From contig MU061579.1 in assembly GCA_013265495.1 (NCBI GenBank), positions 3,655,319 to 3,719,318 on the forward strand: a stretch of 64,000 bases of DNA, written 5' to 3'. Position numbers and translations under genes: made by a program. This stretch comes from Vicugna vicugna. Lineage: Eukaryota. The notes beneath the pieces were generated by a model, which saw only the letters and a list, made by a program, of their open reading frames with translations, had not been told where the DNA came from and made no database searches. Below are positions 53,227 to 64,000 of this stretch, one piece after another; position 1 is the first letter of the stretch; each line of letters opens with the position of its first letter.

Positions 53227-54019
53227 TATTAGTTTATAAGAACTTGATCTTTCTTTTTTGTGATAAAAAATGGCCATCTTTTTACTCTTTGTGTTGGTCT
53301 TGCTATTAAACTGACACGGTAACTGTGCCTAGATACTTAGTCAGTAGTAGGCATTGCCGGTAGCGCTTTAACATGGCATTGCATCTTAAACTTGTTTTCC
53401 AAGGGCACAAATTTCAAGAAAGTTGTGAAATGTTCACTTGTGATTCAAACTGTATGATTTACAAACACCAATATTTGCTCTGAAGCAGAAATTAGAAACT
53501 TCTAGATCTTAAGAGCATGACAATGCAGTCTCAAATATTCAAATGATAACTGAATTTTCAATTTGGGAAATACTCCTTAACATATAATAAAATTAAAGGA
53601 CCTAAAATAAGCTCTTCTAATAACAACTCAGACCCCCAAATTCTCACTCTTTTGTCCAAGCCTTTTTATTGAAAGCTTTTGTAGGTGTAACACTGTAATT
53701 GATGCTTTAGCAAGAATATGCGTATGAAAGCAATAAAAAAACATAGTCCTAAATTTCAGGAAGCATGGAATTTATTTGTGCAGACCATAAAGAATTATAC
53801 CCTCACTTAAGTCATGCTAACTATTAGTGGGTTCAGGTGTTTTAGAAGTAATAATACTGATATTATTTAATGATGCAATAATAATTCCCAAATTGAAATA
53901 ATATTTCACTGCTTAAACAGAAAATATTCAGACATTTGTGTTTCCAAAAAAACTTAGTGCTTTCTGACCCCAAAACATAAGACGGCTCATAGATCTTTCA
54001 GTGTAACAAGCAAAAGGAT

Positions 54020-54445
54020 TAAAAAAAACAAACATTTATTTCAAATCATGATAAAATATATTTAATAAAATTTAAAATCCATTCTTAATATATTTCTTAT
54101 TGAATTCGTATTATATTTAATATAGTATAGATTTATCGTATCAACAGTTGATACTACGTATAATGATGGTACATTAGAGGAATTCTAAATAAAATTAGGA
54201 ATAGGCAAGGAATTTTTAGGGCCATCAGTATGATTTTACTGTATTCTCTGGCTCTAACTTGTATACCACAACAGGAAACAAAATAAGAATAATAGATATT
54301 AGAGGAGGCAATGTCATTTTGGAAGGCCAGATATTTGCCTATTTAGAAAATACAAACCAATAACATATGAAAGATATCAGAATTAACAATGTAATTCATT
54401 AAGCACACTAGAAAAATAAATATATATAGATTAACAGGTATCTTA
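54020..54445 (+). mobile_element. Very old L1 ORF2 remnant
   Basis: Degenerate RT-region sequence (TCATGATAAAATA...AAAATTAGGAATAGGCAAGG...TATTTAGAAAATACAAAC). Confidence 0.5.
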
Positions 54446-54446
54446 C

Positions 54447-54895
54447 TGTATTTTTCTATTACTGCCTAAAATTTTGTTCCAAAATCTAGGAGTTTAAAAC
54501 AACAAATATTTATTATCTCAGTTTCTGAGAGTCAGAAATACGGAAGCTGCTTAGCTGGGTGATTCTGGCTCACAGTCTCTCAAGAGGCTGCAGTCAAGCT
54601 GTCAGCCTGGTCTGTAGCCAACTCAAGACTAAGGTTGAAGTACATGTTTCTAAGCTCACTAATGTAGTTGTTGATAGGGCTCGGCTCCCAACAAACTGTT
54701 TGAGGAGGAAAGATACATAGACATAAAGCCCAAAGTGGACGTCCAAGTCCAAATCAATCTCAGAATTGACATACCATAGCTTCTACCCTATGTCATTAGT
54801 CATACAGATCAACCCTAGTACAATACGGTAGGACACTCTATATATGTCAATATCAGGAGTTAGGGGTCATTGTTAGACATCCTGGAGGCTGCAAG
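54447..54895 (-). mobile_element. MLT1 (MaLR) LTR
   Basis: TTTAAAACAACAAATATTTATTATCTCAGTTTCTGAGAGTCAGAAA...CTTAGCTGGGTGATTCTGGCTCACAGTCTCTCAAGAGGCTGCAGTCAAG. Confidence 0.82.
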
Positions 54896-54969
54896 GAGAG
54901 CAGTGAAAAAGTAAATTATACACACACACACACATTCACAAAGTTCCGGGTACAAATGAAGCAGATATA

Positions 54970-55430
54970 CAGATCTGAGTTGAAAATATCGTAAGTTGAA
55001 AATGCATTTAATACACCTTGCCTACCAAACAACATAACTTAGCCTAGATCATCTTAAATGTGCTCGGAACACTTACATTAGCCTACAGTGGGGCAAAATC
55101 ATCTAACCCAAAGCCTATTTTACAACAAAATATTGAACATCTAATGAAATTTATTGAATGCTGTACTGAAAGTGAAAAACAGAATAATTGTGTGGGTCAG
55201 AATGGTTGTTAAGTGTATTGGTTTTCTGCCCTTGTGATCACGTGACTGGCTGGAGCTGTGGCTGTCTGCTGCTACCCAGCATTACTAGTCTGGTACTGCA
55301 ACTCGCCAGCCTCAGGGAAAGGAAAACAATTCAGAATTCAAAGCACAACTTCTACTGAAAGCATGTTGCTTTTGCACCATCTTAGAGTCAAAAATCTTAA
55401 GTCAAACCATTGAAAGTTGGGAACCATCTG
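54970..55430. mobile_element. TcMar-Tigger non-autonomous DNA transposon (Tigger4/Zombi-like)
   Basis: TA|CAGAT...ATCTG|TA ends; internal AGTTGAAAATGCATTTAATACACC...CTTAGCCTAG...GCAAAATCATCTAAC; left TIR appears partly deleted. Confidence 0.85.
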
Positions 55431-55469
55431 TATATATGTATCAAAGGTATATTTATTATGGTCTATACC

Positions 55470-55615
55470 TCCAGTCCCTAATACAGTTAGCCACTAGCCA
55501 CCTGTGGCTATTTTTCCTTAGTTTCACTCACTACCTTTAAAGTACTGAAAAGCCACATATATGACTACTGGCTACAGACACAGAAATAGAAAATGTTTCA
55601 TTCAACATAGAAAGA
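55470..55615. mobile_element. MER3/MER33-type hAT-Charlie remnant
   Basis: TAGCCACTAGCCACCTGTGGCTATT...AGCCACATATATGACTACTGGCTAC. Confidence 0.7.
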
Positions 55616-56842
55616 TAATTTATATTTCACATCCATGAGGGGTAGAGAGAAAGCACTTCAAAATACTAACTTAACACAAGTTTTTAAAAACATTTGTGTG
55701 TGGTTAAATACAATGTAGATAAAAAGAGACTGAAAAAATGAGTTGCGCTCACGTTTGGTTTAATAGAATAAAGCTTAGATATTAGAAAAGTTCCTGCTTA
55801 CAAAAATGAAAAGAAATCTAACTTGGATAGGCAGGGTTTAAATTTAAATGGAAAGTAAACATTCATTTGACAATATCATTCAATATCCAAATGCAAATTT
55901 AAACTTAAATAGCTGAATGTATGATTATTATGCAAAGTAAGTACCCAAATGAGGTAAATTTTTATTCCTCCTCTTGGAGTTACTGTATTATTTATACACA
56001 TAAAACATGAACTTTGCATTTGAAATATTAGACCATGATGCTGTTTTGGAACATTTAATCTCATCAACAGCTTCATTTTTCTGTAGCATTATGTAATTTA
56101 ATAAACTGCCCATTGGTGATCAAGAGAAATTACCAGCTTAGCTGGTAGAATAACACATTATCAATGTGTCCTTATGACAAAATACCCTTATATTTTTGTC
56201 AAAGTCAATGTCTACTTTAACAGTTATTTTAACATTATTAAAATTCAATGATACAAAACAACTTTACCTGTTACCACGTGAGAATTTTCAAACTGACTGT
56301 TTTCAATTTCAGTTTCTTTGTAACTGTTTAAAAAGCCAAAACAAAACAAAACAATGCTCCTACTGCTGCGTATTTCCGAGGAGGAATACACCTAATGGTT
56401 GTTAGACTAATACTCTGAGAAATTCACCATGACTTTTCTTTCCTGAACCGGGTTGCGTTTTCTAGATGCACAAACTCTTCAATGTATCTTGATGTATTTT
56501 TATATAAAGAAAAACATCTCACATGCTTCACTTATGCCAGTGTGTGAAGGTTTTGGAAACTCTTAGTGAAAGAAAAGAAACGTGGCCAAGTGAAAAGAGG
56601 TAGGATAAACGTTAAGGCTGAGTGCCTACATCTTTCAAGGTGGCAGGAAGCAAGGCCCCTTTGTGCAGTAAATGAAATCTGACAACCTAGCCCAGAGCTA
56701 GGTACGCTCTCAAAACCACTTCTGCAATCATGTTGAATTAGGTCATAGGATCTTGCGCAGCATAATCCAAATTAGTTTTTTTTTCTGCCTTTCCTATTAA
56801 AAAGGGTATATTAATATTCACCTGTTTAAAAAAGAAATTACA

Positions 56843-57264
56843 TGTGTCTTTTTTTTTAGATTCCACATATAAGTGATATCATATGGTATTTTTATTTCTC
56901 TGTCTAGCTCACTGCACTTAGTATGAAGACCTGAACTTATTTACAAAACTGAGACAGACTCACAGACATAGAAAAGAAACTTATCATTACCGGGGGAAAG
57001 AGGGTGGGGAGGGATAAAATGGGAGTTTGGGATTTGCAGATACTAAATATTACACATAGAATAGATAAACAACAAGGTCCTACTATATATATAGCACAGG
57101 GAACTACATTCAATACCTTGTAATAGCCTATAATGAAAAAGAATATAAAAAGGAAATACATATATATATAAGTGAATCACTATGCTGTACACAAGAAATT
57201 AACACAACATTGTAGATCAATTATATTTCAATACAAAAAAAGGGCACAACTCAAAAAAAAAAAG
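56843..57264 (+). mobile_element. Younger L1 3' end with a 5' inversion (56843-56926 inverted) and 12-bp TSD
   Basis: AAAGAAATTACA at 56831-56842 and 57265-57276; forward part begins TGAACTTATTTACAAAAC and ends in an A tail. Confidence 0.92.
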
Positions 57265-57584
57265 AAAGAAATTACAATTGACATACATGTGATGGCTATC
57301 GAAGAGTTGGCACTCAGTAAATTGAATCCTTTGTGGTTGTATTTGAAATATTATTTCCAAATATGGGACAAACGCAGCTAAAAAGGGTATTAAGCCTCAG
57401 TAATCTTTTTGTAATTGATCACATTTGTTGGAGAAAGAGAGACATGTAGATAAGCAGAGATGAGGCCAGGGCTTCTGATAATGTCAATACCTACTTTCTC
57501 TTCTCTCATAGAAATCAAGAACTCCTGGCTAAGTCTGATGAGAATTTGTGAGGAATCCAATATTTATAAAACAAGAAACTGAAC

Positions 57585-57838
57585 ATGGTTAAGATCTAGG
57601 ATCTATAATCCTTCAGACTTGGACCCTGACTCCTGTTCCATAATTTATAATCTTTGTGATTTTGCCAAAATTAAGTCTTTCTAAGCTTCACTTTTTTTAA
57701 CCTCTAAAATGAGAAAAATATTCCTATTTCACTTATAGGATTACTGTGCCAAGTATAAATAAAATAATTATGAATTATTCCTAGCTGAGTCTCTTGCTCA
57801 TATTAAGTAACCAATTAATTATTATAATGATTATTATT
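57585..57838 (+). mobile_element. MIR SINE
   Basis: TGGTTAAGATCTAGG...TGTGATTTTGCCAAAATTAAGTCTTTCTAAGCTTCAC...CTCTAAAATGAGAAAAATA. Confidence 0.7.
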
Positions 57839-58589
57839 TCACCAGACTAATTTCCATATCAAATCTTAACCTTGAGAGAGGCCTCTGGTCTGAGATCAGT
57901 GAATTACCTTCAGAACACACTCAAAAACCTATGTCTTAAACTTTGGCCTCTAATGATAGACTCACCCAGGTTCTTTGACAGTTAACTGCTGTGTTGTTAC
58001 TTTTTATCTTAACACATTTTAGTGTTCATTTAATTTTGTACTTAAGCCTCGAGTTGTTTCAAATATGAATGGAACATATGTTCTTTTAAACCACATGGAA
58101 TAGGTTAATTGTTAAAATATGAAAACCATGCTTTCAACTTGAAAAGATCTGCACTTTTTCTGATATAAATAATCCTAGGAATTGGGTTTTACCTTTGGCT
58201 TTTGCTAGACTTTGAGCAGTTTTAGACTTCTTTTAAATAAAAGTCATGTTCTCTTCATGGCAATGACTTTTGACAATAAAAAGTCACTTTTATTACAGTA
58301 GGAAATTACTAAAGACAAGTAGTCCATACCTGGCTGTTGAGACAATAAACAACTACCTTGTTCTGGGAAGTAAAGTTTCTTTGTGTCAGTTGATATAATA
58401 GGTCCCAACAGACTTAACTGAGACACAGTGTCCCTGTGGGAACACAAGTGGGGAAAACATCCCCGTTTCAGTTTTCTTCCAATCTTATGATGTTTGCCTA
58501 TCAAAAGTTTATAGTTCATTTCAATGACAAATTGCTGATTGAATACATACCATGGGAATCAGAACAATAGAGCAGACAAGAATATCAAC

Positions 58590-58800
58590 TTTGGAATCCC
58601 TCCCTGAGGTACTAACCTTACACTTGGCAAGATGCCATGTCTCCTTGCCTGTAACTTTCCTTCACTGTAACATATGAAAAATATCAACTTCTCCAAATAA
58701 ATATAGCGTTAAATGAGATGGTTCATGTACAATGTCTGGCACATAAAAAATGAGATAATTCTCCTCTGCACATCGTGTTGCCATTCTTATCATTCTTATC
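58590..58800 (+). mobile_element. MIR SINE remnant
   Basis: ACTTTCCTTCACTGTAACATATG...TTAAATGAGATGG...ACAATGTCTGGCACATAAAAA. Confidence 0.62.
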
Positions 58801-59554
58801 TTTTTTTTATAATGCGTCAGTGCTATAGATAAAAATAGACAATTATTCAAACTAAATGTTACTTTATTAATAAAGCCTTTATCTTCTATTCAGAAAGGCT
58901 CTCTCTCCTCATTCCTGTGATACTCTGCCCTGCATTTTATATGGTTCCATATGTGTCTATGTCTTGAAGATGATAAAAGTCTTGGGATCTGTGTTATCCT
59001 CTGAAACTTCACCCCTGCAGTGCTTTTTCCTTACAACATGACCAGCAAAGCATCCGTGGCACAAATGCTTTCAAAAAGGAAGGGAGAGGGGAAGAGAGGA
59101 GAGCAGAAGGGGGCATGCAGACAAAAGGAGTGGAACTGAATAGCATGAAATTAAAAGATTTGAAGAGACTCTGACATATTACACCCACTAAGGAAGAAAG
59201 AGGTTCTCTGCTCTAGAAAGAGGCTGCTTCTAATTTCTTCGCTTCTTTTTCTTCTATTTATTTATTTTTAATCTTTTGTTTTCCAAGACTTGAATTCTTC
59301 AGAGTAAAAGTAGTTTTGGCCCACACATCTCAAACAGTTGATCACTTTAGATAAGCTCTGATTAGGACGCAACTTGTTCTTCCTTGAAGCTAGCAGTTTA
59401 AACCATCATCCTTCAATAACGCAATATGAACTAAAGTTGGAAGGGTGATTTGATCTCTAGGATAAGCCCCAGCAAATGATTACATCACGGAAGAGACTTT
59501 TTTTCATTTATACTTTAGACATGTTTTAATTGATTAATGGCACAATATACACTT

Positions 59555-60126
59555 GCATGGTAGCAAACTCTGATGTTGCATATCCAATGGTAATTTCCCC
59601 TTCTCCCTTGTTAATTGTCCCTGATTTATTTTATGTGTCCATGATTTTTCACATACCTCAGGAAAAAGTTATCCTCAGCCTTACCAACTGAAGCCAATCT
59701 TAATTAATCTGGAGCAATGGTCTAATCTCCCTTTCCAATGATTATATCCTGTAGGTAATGCAACACAGTTCTCACCAATGAGGCATGGGAGAAATTTTCT
59801 GGGATTTTAGGAAATATATTTTGGTTATTAACAAAAGGGAGACCAAGATGAAAGTGTTTCTCTCTCTCTTTTTTGTCTCTAAACAACAGTGCATATGGTT
59901 GTGATGCCTGAAGCTGATGCAGCAGTAGCGGACAAGAGGTAACTAACAAGCCTGCTGAGGCTGGCAGGATAAAAAGACGGAAAGAACATGAGTGGGCTCC
60001 TAGTGACATTATTGAGATGTGAATTCACCAGCAGAACTTACTATGTGAGATGATAAACATCTTTATTTTTTAGCTATTTTGACTTTGAGTTTTTAGTTAC
60101 TTGCAGGAAACATATCTTATATAACA
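59555..60126 (+). mobile_element. Old MLT1 (H/I-like) LTR
   Basis: CAACACAGTTCTCACCAATGAG...GTGATGCCTGAAGCTGATGCAGC...TATGTGAGATGATAAAC...TTTTAGTTACTTGCAG. Confidence 0.7.
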
Positions 60127-61576
60127 AATCATAACTACAGAAATGACTAAGAATACTTTAGCTAATAGATATTATCAAGAGAATTGTAAAATATCAAATT
60201 ATCACTGCAAATATTTTCTGAATTGAAATACCATTCCCCAAGAGAACTAGTGTTTTTTCTATTTTCTTGAATCTTGTTTTCCATCCCACTCTTTGTTATT
60301 TCCTTCTGCATTTTTCTTTAATCTTCTAGAACTCTTTGAATATTAATCTTGTATAAAATGAACACTTTATAATAGCAGAAAAGAAATTGTGTATATTTTA
60401 ACTATATATACAACTTTTGTAACACATACTAAAACATTTTCTTGAAATAATTAGCTTTAAGAAATCTTATTTTGATTTTTTTAAAAGCTTGTATTACAGA
60501 AATATTCTATTTGTAACTGCCTCATGGAAGTATCAACTCATTAAAGATATTTTAAAGCTATTTTTGAAAAAATTCTATTAAACCATAAGTGAACTAATGC
60601 CTTAATATCATTGTACTCTCCAAGGATAAAACATTATCAAAGTTGTTATTAAGGCCCGTCAACAAATGTTATTATGTTTTCATTTATGTTTAGACTACTA
60701 AGACAGTACATATACATGAGAATGTATTAAAACACCAGGCTCACAAATATGACATAATTTTCAAGGCTAGGAAAGAAAATTAGTAAAGGGAATGTGTGTG
60801 GCCAGACCCTTATCTGATTCAAATGAGATAAATGTTGAAATCTTACTGTGTTTGAGAAGACATACAAGATCAATTTCCCTAGTGATCTAAATAAATTCAT
60901 TCCTAATCTGAAAGTAATTGACATTCAGTGGTTAGAATTTAATTGCAATACTTATTTAAATAGCCAATTTTAATGAAGGCAAAGGGTCACTTTCAGTAAT
61001 CTTAAATTAGAAGAATAAATAAGAGAGTAAATTAATGTTTTGAGTTTTCATACTTTTTGAAAGTGAATGATTCCAATTCATTTTATTGGTTCTGAATAGA
61101 AGAGTAATGGCAGCCTGACACTAAATTTAAATGGTGTGCCTATGCATAGAAAAATAGGTTTTGTGAGCATTTACCCTAATAAAAAGTCAATTTTCAAGCA
61201 TTATTCTTGGAAATAATATTTTAGAATTAAAATAAAAATGATGCTTTTTTTAAATCTTCTAAAAATAAACTCATATTTTATAATGGATATTCTATGAAGG
61301 TTGAATGTTGCTCTACCCACTAAAGCTAATTGATTTTTAAAACATCTTTTGTTTTCAAGTTGAAGCATGCACTTTATTTTGTGATGTCCTATGAGTTAAT
61401 CTATAAATATATTTATCTCAAATTTTTTTAGGAAAATAAAGATTTCACATTTTTACTATCTATATGACATTTTCGGATATTAGAGTCACATTTATCAAAT
61501 ATGCCAAAGTTATGTCTATACTTAAGATATGAGGCAGGTTTCTTAAGATGATAAAGTAATTGCTGTATTATTCTCC

Positions 61577-61895
61577 TTTTTAAAAATAGACTGTATCTTT
61601 TAAGAGCAGATTTAGGTTCACAGCAAACTTGAACACAATGTACAGAGATTCTCATAAGCCCCCTGTACCACACCTGCATAGTGTCTTCCATTATCAGCAT
61701 CCCCTAACAGAGTGGTACATTTGTTAAAATCAATGAACTTTTACTGGCACATCGTTATCACAGAGTTCATCTTTGGTGTTGTACATTCTATGGTTTTTGA
61801 CAAATTTACAATGATGTGTATCCATCATTACAGCATCATACAGAGAAGTTTAACTGCCCTAAAAATCTGTGTTTTGCTTATTTATTATCCTCTTC
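61577..61895 (-). mobile_element. L1MC-like 3' end
   Basis: Reverse-complement homolog of 13952-14268 (TTTAGGTTCACAGCAAA...CAGAGTGGTACATTTG...CTTTGGTGTTGTACATTCTATGG...ACTGCCCTAAAAATC). Confidence 0.85.
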
Positions 61896-63310
61896 CAATG
61901 CTGTTATAGGCTTGTCCTTAGCTACGTGTATAAGATACAAATATCTGAAGGTTTAATATAGCCTTGAATCATATACAATTTAAAAAATAAAAAGAGCAGA
62001 AATTCTCAAGGTATGTAAAGCTACAAGAGTAAACTTACATTTTCTGGATGACTAGACACAAAGTGAGCTATATTTCCCTTATGCTAAATGCTCATTATTT
62101 TTCCAAATTGTCATTTTGAACCTAAATCATCTGACTTGAGTCAAATTCCTTCATGGCTCAGAAGGGACATTGTCTCACTTTTCTATTCTTTCTTCCTCTC
62201 TCTTTACTGTTTTGTTTTGTTTTGAATTATAGAGCTTAGACGTAAACTGTAGCCAGATGTGGTGAAACTAAGAGGCTGGTCATAGTCTCGCACTGCACTG
62301 CTGCGGTAACAGAAATTTTGGCTAAATTCTACTGTCTTTAACAGCCATTTGTAAGAGCTCCTTGATATAAGAGAATACTCAGTTACAGCAGTGTTGGATA
62401 AATTTAGATAATATCACATTCCGAGAGGATAGGTTCACTAATATTAGCTGAAGTGCCAATCAGCCCCGCAAAGCTCTCCTTGTTACAAAATATTACAGAA
62501 TGGAGTTGGAAACATCTGCAAACTTTGGTGTCACTGTTCCTTGTGCCTTTGTTGGAAATTGTAAAGGAATGTGAATTTGATCATGTGATTCTCCCTGTAA
62601 CAGTTAAATGGCTGTTCTATTTCTTAGAAAGCAGGTGGTGGAATACACAGCGCAAAAGCCGAGCAGGCAACTGTCTCAATTTTGTGCATTTAAGAGCTGA
62701 TGAGATGACTGATGACATTGCCAGCTAGAAGCCATCGTGCGGTCTGAAATGCCCTCTGTGACAATATTAACAATATTGCTTTTCATGAAGATCCTACATA
62801 CATCTTAATGAGTGGAGAACACTTAACACTGTGGCAAAATGAACTCTGATTATCAAGCTTCAGAATGAAAGGCCCATTGGTACTTGTTCAGTGCATTATA
62901 ATATAATACAATCCCATGGTGTCTTCTGAAAATATCTTAAACTACTTTAATCTCATATCAACTCGAAGGTATTTTAAGCAGTGGCATAGCCCTGGTCACA
63001 TAGATAAACAGTTCAACTGAGATTGAAGTTAGTTGTAGCTCTGAAACTAGTTTCCAAGCTCATTTCTCAACATCACGCCGCTTTTGCTAGAAGAAAAGCA
63101 CTGGTATCAAGATGACAGGAGCAGAGGGAAAGACTGAAAAGGGGACTAAGAGGGAGCCTCAACTTTAGTGTCTACATAAAGTCCTTAGTTTACCTGGGCA
63201 ACAAATATTTCACGGAATGGGAGTGCCTTGAAAGATGATCAAGGATGCAGAATAATAAAAAAAATACATATATATATATTTGCTTCTTTATAGTTTGGTT
63301 AAGAAACTGT

Positions 63311-63512
63311 GGAGTTGCCAGGAAAATATATAAAGCCCAATTAAATTTGAATTTCAGATCAACAATGAATAATTTTTAGTATAAGTATATGTTTACATAA
63401 TCATGCTAAATAATTCTACTCACTTCCTTATACTACAAATTATTTGTTGTTGATCTGAAATTCAAATTTAACTAGGGATTCTGTATATTTATTTGCTAAA
63501 TTTGGCTATTTT
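63311..63512. mobile_element. MER53-like palindromic MITE
   Basis: GTTGCCAG...TTAAATTTGAATTTCAGATCAACAA...TTAGTATAAG / CTTATACTA...TTGTTGATCTGAAATTCAAATTTAA...TTTGCTAAATTTGGC. Confidence 0.87.
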
Positions 63513-63526
63513 TGTTAGATGGCTAT

Positions 63527-64000
63527 TGTAGCAGACATTGTTGGCTACTTAATCAACAATACTTTTTTCCTTTTTCCTTCCAATGGATCTGCCATAAAAG
63601 GCTAATCAAGATCAGACTAAGTCAGTCATGGCAATCTTGTTTCCTATGCACTACAGGCGCACAGTGAACATATGATATAGCAAATGAGAAGGAGAAGCCA
63701 TTGACGGCCTTTGAAAGAGAACTGTTCTTCTCGATTTGGGGGGGCAGGGAATGAGAATAGTTGTTTCTGTCAATCTTGAGAGACCAAATCACCAGCCTCA
63801 CTGTTCTCCACACACAAATTCACTGGACAGCTGCACTGATAATATGACCAACATTGAGCATAAGAGAACAAAGTTTATAAATGCTGACATCAGAGGGGAA
63901 GAAGGGCTTCACCAGCCGGGTGCTAACAAGGTAACTGGAGAAGCAGTAGAATGATAGAAGTGAAAGGATTTCTTTGTTAATTAGAGAGGGGCTACATTTA
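63527..64000 (+). mobile_element. Old MLT1-like LTR remnant (may continue past the window)
   Basis: Starts TGTAGCAGACATTGTTGG; similar layout to the element at 59555. Confidence 0.5.

Noticed and set aside
1..64000. A novel multi-gene or prokaryote-type system (operon, CRISPR, defence island)
   Set aside because: The sequence is mammalian intronic/intergenic DNA. No ORF exceeds 124 aa and there is no repeat-spacer array.

Overview
This is AT-rich mammalian (eutherian) genomic DNA, not prokaryotic. The youngest repeats (tRNA-Ala-derived SINEs with an 'AACCTAATTACCT...CCCCC' tail, and L1 3' ends of the 'TTAGATTCCACATATAAGTGATATC' type) point to a cetartiodactyl, most likely a camelid; that assignment is an inference. 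The one clear functional landmark is a CpG island at ~10985-11500 with the motif layout of a bidirectional housekeeping promoter. It contains a probable non-coding first exon of a minus-strand gene (donor CTG|GTAATT at 10983/10982), so 1-10982 is probably intron 1. I could not identify the gene and found no convincing coding exon anywhere. The ~52 kb to the right looks like gene desert filled with old L1, L2, MIR, MaLR/ERVL LTR and DNA-transposon fossils, microsatellites and a few repeat-free blocks that may be conserved enhancers. The ORF track is explained by repeats, low complexity and chance. I see no novel multi-gene system. The best observations are two twin-primed (5'-inverted) L1 insertions, a 28-bp-stem hairpin next to a 22-bp palindrome, a MER53 fold-back with perfectly complementary arms, and the promoter architecture. 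Repeat family names come from my recollection of consensus sequences and boundaries are approximate.
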